From Patescibacteria group bacterium (GTDB taxonomy: Bacteria > Patescibacteriota > Patescibacteriia > JAXHNJ01), in the NCBI GenBank assembly GCA_034520665.1, contig JAXHNJ010000001.1, positions 258,579 through 322,578 of the forward strand: 64,000 bases of DNA, read 5' to 3'. A program made the translations under genes and the position numbers. Each line of letters starts with the position of its first letter. The first letter of the stretch is position 1. The notes below the pieces were generated by a model, which saw nothing but the letters and a program-made list of their open reading frames with translations, was not told where the DNA came from and did not search any database. Below are positions 9,085 through 17,182 of the stretch, one piece after another.

Positions 9085-9106
9085 GCTCTCGCCTATGGCT
9101 CGGGGT

Positions 9107-9193
9107 AATTAACAGGATTTTAACGGAAAAATACTCGGCTCGCATTTTCCCAAATCGCCTACGGCAAAACTTCTCTAAATCCTGAAGTTGTGC
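9107..9193 (+). other. attC-like site (copy of 5671-5757)
   Basis: AATTAAC ... GTTGTGC. Confidence 0.75.
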
Positions 9194-9389
9194 CAAACCC
9201 CATTTTTTGCCAAGAGGATTTTCAGGATTTTTTGAAACAAGGGAAGTAGGAGAAGAGGTTTTTTTATTGGTAAAAAAAATGGTAAACTATAGACAGTGTT
9301 GGATTAATATAATGGTTTAATAAAAATTCGCATAATAAACAAATTTGAGGTGATTATACGAAATCAATTCGTATAATAACGAGTTATCG
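9187..9389 (+). other. attI-like platform 4
   Basis: Platform repeat from 9217; GTATAAT-AACGA-GTTATCG (GTT at 9383). Confidence 0.7.
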
Positions 9390-9412
9390 GAAATAAAAAT
9401 AGTAAAATTTTT

Positions 9413-9973
9413 ATGGGTAATAAAAAAATCTTCACAATCAGCTCTGATTTTGAATTAATTAAAAAACCAAAATGGTTAGATGGCTTTCGTATTAAGCACG
9501 ATAAACCTTTTCCATATCACGTAACTTTAAAAACATGTACATACTTTGATATTGATAATTTTAAAAATTTAAAAAAAGACTTAAGTGGTATTGTTAAAAA
9601 ATATAGCGAGATCAAGGTTATATTTAACAAACTTTTTATAAGTCGCTCTTCAAAGGGCGAATGTATTATGATAAAAGCAGATAATAATAAAAAGCTAAAT
9701 GAACTCCAGAAGGAAATTGTGAAAAAGTTTTCAAAATATGGGAATTATATAGCGAAAAAATACGAAAAATTCGAGAAAAGTTTTATTCCCCATATTACTA
9801 TCGCGCGACATCTTTCATCAGAACAATTGATAATTGCAAAAAAGGATTTAGGGAAAAAACTATTTTGTGAAGCTGTAGTCAAAGGGCTTTCTTTAATGAT
9901 AGTGGAAAATAATACTGATGAAGAATGGTTAAACCACAACAATAAAAGTTATTACAAGTTACAGAACAAATAG
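9413..9973 (+). CDS. 2H phosphoesterase / 2'-5' RNA ligase family (cassette)
   Basis: Two HxT motifs: YHVTL and PHITI. Confidence 0.85.
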   Translation: MGNKKIFTISSDFELIKKPKWLDGFRIKHDKPFPYHVTLKTCTYFDIDNFKNLKKDLSGIVKKYSEIKVIFNKLFISRSSKGECIMIKADNNKKLNELQKEIVKKFSKYGNYIAKKYEKFEKSFIPHITIARHLSSEQLIIAKKDLGKKLFCEAVVKGLSLMIVENNTDEEWLNHNNKSYYKLQNK

Positions 9974-9994
9974 AATTTTACTATTTTTACCTTC

Positions 9995-10095
9995 CGATAA
10001 CAGCGTGTATGCGGTTCGGACTTTCCCTGAAAACCCTCTCCCATATTTTTGCTCCCGTTGGTCGCAAAAACATCGCATACGCTGGAACGTTAAGT
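9995..10095 (+). other. attC-like site
   Basis: CGATAAC AGCGTGTATGCG / CGCATACGCTGGAAC GTTAAGT. Confidence 0.85.
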
Positions 10096-10157
10096 GAAAT
10101 TGCGGAGGGGCGCCTAATACGATACTTTTTATAAGTGAGTGAATTTACAATACTATT

Positions 10158-10832
10158 ATGACAACAAAACTTCGCGAACCAGATGAAGAAAATTATGTCT
10201 TTACCGAGGGTATTGATTATTCAAAAACAGAAAAAAAATTTATCTGGGGAACTGGTGATAAAGACACTCTGGAGCTTCTGAATGATATTAAAATTCGAGG
10301 CAAGTGGCTAAACCTTGCCGCTGGTGATGGACGTTACAATTTGAATTTGTTGGAAAAAGTTAATTCAGTTGTTGCTTCAGATATTGATGAAGGTGCGCTT
10401 GGCAAATTGAAACAAAACACACCTAACGAACTAAGAGAAAAACTACAAACAGAAATTTTTGATATAACTAAACCATTTCCATTTGAAGATGAATCATTTG
10501 ACGGTGTGTTTTGCACTGGGACATTACATCTTTTTCCAACTGAAATTTTGCAGCAAATTATTTTAGAGATTGATAGAATTCTAAAATCCAATGGCAAACT
10601 GATTATAGACTTTGCAACTGACATCAAACGTATTCTGCCAGATGGCAAACTTTATATCAGAAAATCTGAACCTCAATACACTGCCGAAGAAGCCGCAAAA
10701 TTTCTCAGAGAATTATTGCACAATTATCAAATTCAAATTGTAGAATCAGAAGTTCCAGAGGAAGAAATTAAGACGCGAGGTTTTGTTTATAGATTTAGTT
10801 GTAAATTCATTTTACTAACAGCAGATAAATAA
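10158..10832 (+). CDS. class I SAM-dependent methyltransferase (cassette)
   Basis: LNLAAGDGR, ASDID, FPFEDESFDGV, EIDRILK. Confidence 0.85.
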   Translation: MTTKLREPDEENYVFTEGIDYSKTEKKFIWGTGDKDTLELLNDIKIRGKWLNLAAGDGRYNLNLLEKVNSVVASDIDEGALGKLKQNTPNELREKLQTEIFDITKPFPFEDESFDGVFCTGTLHLFPTEILQQIILEIDRILKSNGKLIIDFATDIKRILPDGKLYIRKSEPQYTAEEAAKFLRELLHNYQIQIVESEVPEEEIKTRGFVYRFSCKFILLTADK

Positions 10833-10899
10833 TGACGGCGACCCCCACAACTCTCGCCAGCCCTTCGGGACGTTGCACTAAATTTTTGCCCTTCGGGAC

Positions 10900-10989
10900 A
10901 TATAACAAGGGATATGAGGTTACGAAGTTTTGCAGACTTCTTTACTCAAATTCGCCTACGGCGAACTTCTCATAAGCCCGATGTTAAAT
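10900..10989 (+). other. attC-like site
   Basis: ATATAAC AAGGGATATGAG / CTCATAAGCCCGAT GTTAAAT. Confidence 0.75.
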
Positions 10990-11093
10990 GAAATTTTGCC
11001 TTGAAATGTGAAGTGAAAAATATTCGTGCTATTAAAAAAAGATAGTTCGTAATTTCAAAATTTATTTTATTTATCGGCAAAACTTCACTTAAC
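10983..11093 (+). other. ORF-less mini-cassette body
   Basis: Inverted ends GTTAAATGAAATTTTGCC ... GGCAAAACTTCACTTAAC only 110 bp apart. Confidence 0.65.
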
Positions 11094-11171
11094 ACTGTGT
11101 ATCTGGTTCCGTAAAAGAGAAAAATTAAATAATTCTCTATTTTTAAAAGCCTTTTTTCAATTTTTTTACAA

Positions 11172-11200
11172 AGAAAAAACCAGTTGTTAGGGACAACTGG
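11172..11200 (-). terminator. intrinsic terminator
   Basis: Minus strand CCAGTTGT-loop-ACAACTGG TTTTTTC. Confidence 0.7.
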
Positions 11201-11216
11201 AAAACCCTTATTTTGT

Positions 11217-11591
11217 TTAGAGGACTGCGTAGTACGGCATTCCGCCAGGCAGGGCTGACCACATGGCACGCGGCATAAGGCATTTGGCCTTGCCGATCGC
11301 GGTGCCGAGTTGAAAGAGCTGGTCCATGCGTTGGTGCAGATCTGTCCACTGATTGCCATGCTTGTCGTTACAGGCATTCAAAAAGGACGTGCCGCCACCA
11401 CCGGACATCTTGAACTCGTCGGGTAATTCATCCAGTATTTCCTCAATCTCGGCCTTATGGCTTTCCAGTCTGTCGGTATGAAAACCAACATTCTGGGTTA
11501 TACCCTCGGCTTTGACATAATTGTTGGTTTCCTCATCTTCTTTGAACAGACAGTCTATGAAGATTGCATTTACGCGTTCGGGATCAATCAT
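11217..11591 (-). CDS. hypothetical protein (124 aa, GC-richer, possibly phage-like)
   Basis: AAGGAGGA RBS at 11598-11605; own promoter and terminator. Confidence 0.8.
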   Translation of the reverse strand: MIDPERVNAIFIDCLFKEDEETNNYVKAEGITQNVGFHTDRLESHKAEIEEILDELPDEFKMSGGGGTSFLNACNDKHGNQWTDLHQRMDQLFQLGTAIGKAKCLMPRAMWSALPGGMPYYAVL

Positions 11592-11638
11592 CTTCGTTCC
11601 TCCTTTGTTAAGGTTATCAGCAAAATTACTGATTATTA

Positions 11639-11667
11639 AGTATGGCAGATTTCTTATTTCATGTCAA
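11639..11667 (-). promoter_or_regulatory. sigma70-type promoter
   Basis: TTGACA tgaaataagaaatctgc CATACT on the minus strand. Confidence 0.65.
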
Positions 11668-11907
11668 GCTTGGCGACCAAAAAATTGAAAAAAGGGCTTT
11701 AATAGCTTTAATATAAGGTAAATTATTATTTTTTCTCTTTTACTTCACCCAAATTGTTCGTTCCTCGCAAATTCTCATAATCCTAACGTTATGTGAAATA
11801 GCCAGAAATTTCTTAATTATTTTTTAAGATTTTTTTGGCAATTTATTTCACGTCGAACATAACTTGTGGTATAATTTAGTCAGTTTAATTAATTAACCAA
11901 TAAAACT

Positions 11908-12207
11908 ATGTCAGAAAAATTCGAAGGCAATTTGCCACCTCAAGAGCAAAAAGAAGGTTATTCAGCAGATTTCGTAGCCAAGGTAAAAGAAGTATTTCCA
12001 GATTGGGATCGCATGAATCAAGCGCTGGAATCTGGTAGTGAGTGGGTCGGTCGTTATCTTGATGATTCGCGCGGTTTTTCAATGAAGCCAGATGAAATTG
12101 TCCAAGCTCTTGAAGGCGGCGATCAAGAAAAAGTTCTTGAGGCGGCAAGGAAAGCCAAAAAGATTGATGAGCTTTATAAAGAATGGTCTGAATCACGGGA
12201 AAAATAA
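11908..12207 (+). CDS. hypothetical protein (cassette)
   Basis: 99-aa ORF between core site 11788 and attC 12253. Confidence 0.75.
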   Translation: MSEKFEGNLPPQEQKEGYSADFVAKVKEVFPDWDRMNQALESGSEWVGRYLDDSRGFSMKPDEIVQALEGGDQEKVLEAARKAKKIDELYKEWSESREK

Positions 12208-12252
12208 ATTGCCAAAAAATAATAATAAGGAATAGAAATTTCTGTCAACATC

Positions 12253-12395
12253 ACATAACAGCGTGTATCTGGTTCGGCAAATTTGACACAATTAGATTCA
12301 AAAGGAATGTCAAATCTACCTCTCCCAAATTTCGCAAAAAAATACTATTTTTAAAGGAATTTTTGCGAAACTTCAGATACACGCAAACGTTATAC
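12253..12395 (+). other. attC-like site
   Basis: ACATAAC AGCGTGTATCTG / CAGATACACGCAAAC GTTATAC, with two internal hairpins. Confidence 0.85.
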
Positions 12396-12589
12396 GCAAT
12401 TCAAAAAATATTTTTTTTATAAGGAATTTTGACAGGCTTTTTAAAAAGGGGAATAAATTTGTTTTTTTATTAATTAGAAAGGGGTAAATGGTGTTTTCTC
12501 CGCTATCGCTCCGAAAACGATTTATTATTGGAAAAAGACAAAAAGTTTTATATACTTAAATTAGTTTTAACTTATTAAAGGATTAAAAT

Positions 12590-15337
12590 ATGAGTGAAGA
12601 ATTACTACAAAGAGGACTAACTAAAAAAGGAATTACATTCATAGATTATGAATTTTTTCCGTTACACTCAACGACCTTAAAACAATATAAAAAGTTAAAA
12701 ATAATTCCTAATAAAGATTATGATAAATATGAAATTAGAAAACCTGACGGGCTTTTAGTAGACAGAGGAAATAAATCAAAGCCGAAAGTTGTTACAGTTT
12801 TGGAATACAAAAAACCTTCTGAATTTCAAACAGATAAACAAAAAAGAGAAGCGATTGAACAATGCAATGATTTGTGTCAAGAGCTTGAAGCAAAAATAGG
12901 AATTATTACAGACGGAATTGTTACTTATTGGATAAATCCAAACCACGCAGATAAAAATAACAAATACAAAGATAGAACAACTGGGAAGAAGCGAAGTTTT
13001 TCTTATATCTTAAATGATGATAAGCAAAGATTACAAAAGAAGTTTTTCATTAAAGAGAACGATAAAAAAGATATTTCAAAATTGAATAATGAAACAAGAG
13101 AAACTTACAGATTAGTTAAAAGAATTTTAGAAGAAACAAATAATAAAAATTCTGTTTTGAAAGCAACAGAAAAAACAGACCCAACCCCTCTCGCGAGAAG
13201 TGTTTGGCAAAGTATTTACATAAGCACAAAAGATAATCCAACAGCTTGTCTTTATAATGTTGTTGAGATTTTTATCTTTAAGTTTCTGAGTGATTTAGGA
13301 GTTTTAAAAGGAGTTAATAGTTTTGATTATTTATTGAAACTTTACAAAACAGAAGATAGTAAAACAGTTTTAAAACACTATGCTAAAACTTGCAGAGAAG
13401 AAATAAGAAATTTATTTGAAGCGGGAGATGACGGGACAACAATAATTAATGGAACTATTTTTGTAAATAAAGACGGAAGCCCTGTTTTATCACAAGCGAC
13501 TTTATTTAAAGACACTATTGAAAAATATGCAAAGTTTGGAGATTTAAAAAATATTGACAAGGGATTTAAAACAAAATTGTTCGAAACATTTTTGAAGCAG
13601 AGTAAGGACAAAAGTAAGTTAGGACAATTTTTTACACCGAGAAAAGTTGTTAAGGGAATTGTTGAAATGGCTGATGTGGATAAAGCGGAATTTATATGCG
13701 ACCCATTTTGCGGTGTTGGTGGTTTTCTTTTAGAGCCATTTCAAATATCTCAAAATTTGAAAAATAAATTTATTCCAAAGAATAATGAAATAAATCCGCC
13801 TGTAAAACTTTTAGGATATGATACAGGAAGAGAAGATAACGACGAACAAAAGAGGACTATTATTTTAGCAAAGGCGAATATGCTTATTTATTTGTCTGAT
13901 TTAGTCGAAAAAAATTCTACATTAAACGAGGAATTTTCAAAAATAATAAATAATACTTTCCACTTTTTATCGGATAGTAATCTTGGAACACTAAAAGAAA
14001 CTGAAAGATTTGAAAGAAATGAGGATAAGCCTGATTTAATTATTACCAATCCTCCATATATCACAAGCGGAGTAACTACAATAAGAAAACAGATTGAGGA
14101 AGATGGTTTAACTGATTATTATAAAAATAGTGGAAAGGGAATGGAAGGTTTATGCTTAAAATGGATAATAAAAAATTTGAAAAGAAAAGGACAAGCATTT
14201 ATTGTTTTGCCAGATAGTATTTTTAATGTTTTTGCCAATAAAGTTTTAAGAGATGAAATAAAAAAGAATTGTTATATTAATTGTATTATATCTTTACCCG
14301 CAAAAACTTTCTTTAATACTCCAAAGAAAACTTATGTTTTAGGAATTACAAAAAAAGATTGTGATGAAGATGAATGTGAAAATCTTAAACAGGATTTTCC
14401 TGTATTCACTTATTTAGTTTCTAATATCGGGGAAACATTAGATATTAACCGATTCGAAATTCCTGAAAATGATTTGGATAATGCGAAGAATTTGTTTAAT
14501 CAATTTAAAGGAAGTCCAAATAATTTTCAAACAGATGACTCACGATGTAAATTACAACCTATTGAAAAATTTGAAAATGAGAAATATTGGATAATTGATA
14601 AATGGTGGAGTAAAAAAGAAAAAATAGAAATTGAAATTGAAGAAGAAGATGAAAGTTTAACTATTGATGAATTTAAAGATCAAATTGAAAAAACAAAGGA
14701 AAAATTAGGAGAATTAGAATGGGTGGCAGATAAAACAAAAGAGAGAAAATATAAAACCAAAATGATGTATGTAACGGATGATAAGATAAATAAAAATAGG
14801 AAAGAAGAAGGAATTTTTGAAGCAGAAAAAGGAAATGCAAAATACACAAAAAAATATATGCACGACCATAAAGGTGAGTTTCCTGTTTATTCTTCTCAAA
14901 CTTCTAATTTAGGCGAGATAGGAAGCATAGACACCTATGATTATGAAGAAGAATGTTTTACTTGGACAACCGATGGAACTTATGTTGGAACTGTTTTTTA
15001 TAGAAATGGTAAGTTTTCAATAACCACTCATTGCGGAATTTTAAGAGTTAAACCAGAATACAAAGATAAAGTTGATTTTGAATATTTGAATTTTATCTTA
15101 AATCAAACACTCCCTAATTATAAATTAGGTGAAGGTTCTAATAAAAGATTAGGGACTGAAAGAATGAAGGAAATTCAAATAGAAATCCCAATAAACAAAA
15201 ACGGAGAATTTGACTTAGATAAACAAAAAGAAATTGCTGAAAAGTATAAGAAAATAGAAGAAATCAAGGAAAAACTTAAAGACAATTATGAAAAGATGAT
15301 AAATTCAAAAGTTCAGATTATTGAAGCAGAAGAATAA
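12590..15337 (+). CDS. fused restriction-modification enzyme (nuclease + N6-adenine MTase + specificity domain; Type IIG-like)
   Basis: KPDG..LEYKK PD-(D/E)XK, GQFFTP, DPFCGVGGF, NPPY, C-terminal HsdS-like TRD ending in QKEIAEK. Confidence 0.85.
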   Translation: MSEELLQRGLTKKGITFIDYEFFPLHSTTLKQYKKLKIIPNKDYDKYEIRKPDGLLVDRGNKSKPKVVTVLEYKKPSEFQTDKQKREAIEQCNDLCQELEAKIGIITDGIVTYWINPNHADKNNKYKDRTTGKKRSFSYILNDDKQRLQKKFFIKENDKKDISKLNNETRETYRLVKRILEETNNKNSVLKATEKTDPTPLARSVWQSIYISTKDNPTACLYNVVEIFIFKFLSDLGVLKGVNSFDYLLKLYKTEDSKTVLKHYAKTCREEIRNLFEAGDDGTTIINGTIFVNKDGSPVLSQATLFKDTIEKYAKFGDLKNIDKGFKTKLFETFLKQSKDKSKLGQFFTPRKVVKGIVEMADVDKAEFICDPFCGVGGFLLEPFQISQNLKNKFIPKNNEINPPVKLLGYDTGREDNDEQKRTIILAKANMLIYLSDLVEKNSTLNEEFSKIINNTFHFLSDSNLGTLKETERFERNEDKPDLIITNPPYITSGVTTIRKQIEEDGLTDYYKNSGKGMEGLCLKWIIKNLKRKGQAFIVLPDSIFNVFANKVLRDEIKKNCYINCIISLPAKTFFNTPKKTYVLGITKKDCDEDECENLKQDFPVFTYLVSNIGETLDINRFEIPENDLDNAKNLFNQFKGSPNNFQTDDSRCKLQPIEKFENEKYWIIDKWWSKKEKIEIEIEEEDESLTIDEFKDQIEKTKEKLGELEWVADKTKERKYKTKMMYVTDDKINKNRKEEGIFEAEKGNAKYTKKYMHDHKGEFPVYSSQTSNLGEIGSIDTYDYEEECFTWTTDGTYVGTVFYRNGKFSITTHCGILRVKPEYKDKVDFEYLNFILNQTLPNYKLGEGSNKRLGTERMKEIQIEIPINKNGEFDLDKQKEIAEKYKKIEEIKEKLKDNYEKMINSKVQIIEAEE

Positions 15338-15494
15338 ACTTTTGAATAAGGAGTTTTGAAAAATGGAATTCACCCCTAACCCCCGCCCGCCTCGCTACGC
15401 GAAGCGTTGCGGGCAGGCCTCTGCCCAAAATTCAAAACGGGAAAAATCAAATTTATAAGAATTAAAGAAAGTCTATCATGAAGAATAAGAACGA

Positions 15495-15605
15495 AAAATA
15501 TTTTTTGAACTCACTCCGCTTTGCTCCGCAAAACATCAAATATAGGCAAACCTTGTGCCAGACCTCATTTCTTGTCAAGAGGATTTCCAGGACTTTTTAA
15601 GAAAA
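15495..15605 (+). other. truncated terminal attC plus right boundary of array
   Basis: Cassette IR AAAAATATTTTTTGAA joined directly to the right arm of an attC like 2747-2790; CTT core at 15552; boundary repeat at 15582. Confidence 0.65.
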
Positions 15606-15625
15606 TGAAATTAATTTATTAAAAT

Positions 15626-16258
15626 ATGATCCTAAAAATATTATACAATAATAGGGCTAAAGAAGGTTTTAAAGAAGGTTGGGGATTTTCTTGCTTGATT
15701 GAATCTATTAAGGAAAATAAGAAAATCTTGTTTGACACTGGGGCTGACTTTGAAACTCTTAGTTTTAACGCTCAAAAACTAGGGGTAAATTTTAAAAATA
15801 TTGACAAGGTAGTTATTTCCCATGACCATGATGACCACACCGGCGGCTTGGCAGGAGTTTTAAAGGAAAATAATAAGGTAAAAGTTATCTGGCCGAAAAA
15901 TGAAAATAGTTTTAGAATTATTAGCGGTATTTTTTCAACCGGCTCTTTGAAAGCAGCCATAGACTTAAAAGAGCAGTCTTTGTTTTTGGCAACAAAGAAA
16001 GGTTTAGTCATTATAGTCGGTTGTTCTCATCCCGGAGTGGATAAAATTCTTCAAAGAGTAAAAGAGGTTAGGTCTTTAAAAAATAATAAAAAGATTTACG
16101 CTATTATTGGTGGTTTTCACGGCTTTAATAAATTAGATGAATTAGAAGGAATTGAAGTTATTGGCGCTTGCCATTGTACGTCACATAAACAAGAAATTAA
16201 GAAGAAATTTCCTGATCAGTTTAAAAAAATAAGAGCCGGTGATATAATAAAATTATAA
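15626..16258 (+). CDS. MBL-fold metallo-hydrolase
   Basis: FDTG, SHDHDDHTGG, GCSHPG, GGFH, CHCT. Confidence 0.9.
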   Translation: MILKILYNNRAKEGFKEGWGFSCLIESIKENKKILFDTGADFETLSFNAQKLGVNFKNIDKVVISHDHDDHTGGLAGVLKENNKVKVIWPKNENSFRIISGIFSTGSLKAAIDLKEQSLFLATKKGLVIIVGCSHPGVDKILQRVKEVRSLKNNKKIYAIIGGFHGFNKLDELEGIEVIGACHCTSHKQEIKKKFPDQFKKIRAGDIIKL

Positions 16259-16370
16259 AAATAAATAATATATTTATGCCCGGCCAGTGGCTCAAGATTT
16301 GCCTTTTAAGAAAATGGAAAGAAAAGGGCCAGCTTTATAAAAATATTTTACCCAATGGAGAAAAAATAAA

Positions 16371-17099
16371 ATGCCTCAATTAAGTACCTTTACCTGGATA
16401 GCTATATTTGCCATTGGCTCAGCCGTGGTCAATGCTTTAGGTATTTACGCTATCTATAAAAATAAAAGATGGGCTGAGAAAACTAAGGCTTATTTAATGT
16501 GTTTTGCCGCCGGAGTTTTGATTTCTGTGCCTTTAATGCTGGCCTTTCCCGAGGCTGTGAATAAGAATTTCTACGCTGGCTTTGCCGCTTTGGCTGGTTT
16601 TTTGTTTATGTTTTTTAGCAATAAAGTAATTAAGGACCGGACCAAGCAGAAAACTTTGGCTTTTGGCATCACAGCCGCTGAAGGCATTGGTATTCACTCT
16701 TTTGTTGACGGGGTTATTTATACGGTCACTTTTTCGGTCAGTATTTTAGTCGGTTTTGTCTCAGGCTTGGGCTTGGTTATTCATGAATTTGCTGAAGGGG
16801 TAATTATTTTTTCCGTGCTTATAAAAGGGGGAGTGGCTAAAAAAAAGGCTGCTTTTTATGCTTTGTTAATATCGGCGCTAACTACCCCCTTAGGGGCCTT
16901 TGTTGCTTATCCTATTGTTAGTCGGTTAAATGACTCAATTTTAGGCCTTACTTTAGGCTTTATGGTCGGGGTTTTAATTTATATATCGGCGGCTCATCTT
17001 TTGCCAGAAGCCAGAGAGCATGAGAAAGTACACTCTTTTTGGGCCTTTTTAGTTGGTGTGGTTTTGGCTTTGTTTATTGTTTTTACAAAAATGGTTTAA
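16371..17099 (+). CDS. ZIP family metal transporter
   Basis: HSFVDG, HEFAEG, LLPEA motifs. Confidence 0.9.
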   Translation: MPQLSTFTWIAIFAIGSAVVNALGIYAIYKNKRWAEKTKAYLMCFAAGVLISVPLMLAFPEAVNKNFYAGFAALAGFLFMFFSNKVIKDRTKQKTLAFGITAAEGIGIHSFVDGVIYTVTFSVSILVGFVSGLGLVIHEFAEGVIIFSVLIKGGVAKKKAAFYALLISALTTPLGAFVAYPIVSRLNDSILGLTLGFMVGVLIYISAAHLLPEAREHEKVHSFWAFLVGVVLALFIVFTKMV

Positions 17100-17182
17100 A
17101 ATTTAATAAAAAGCATTTGATTTAAAGGGCCAAATGACCTAATATAAGTCTATTAGAGTTTTTAGAAATTAAATTATTTTTT

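Larger units (their letters stand above)
8245..9340 (+). repeat. ~1 kb duplicate of 4886-5900
   Basis: Near-identical methyltransferase tail, attC, GNAT cassette, attC and platform. Confidence 0.9.
11087..11794 (+). other. giant attC-like site (~710 bp) containing an antisense gene in its loop
   Basis: ACTTAAC ACTGTGTATCTGGTTCC; 14-bp stem 11111-11124/11730-11743; CCCAAATT linker; GTTATGT at 11788. Confidence 0.7.
469..15605 (+). mobile_element. integron-like cassette array (integrase-less in this window) made of four tandem attI-like platforms
   Basis: Co-oriented single genes, each preceded by GTTnnnnG(A/C)AAT and followed by ..AAC plus an imperfect palindrome; bounded by direct repeat GATTTTCAGGATTTTTTGAGAAAA (469) / GATTTCCAGGACTTTTTAAGAAAA (15582). 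Confidence 0.85.
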
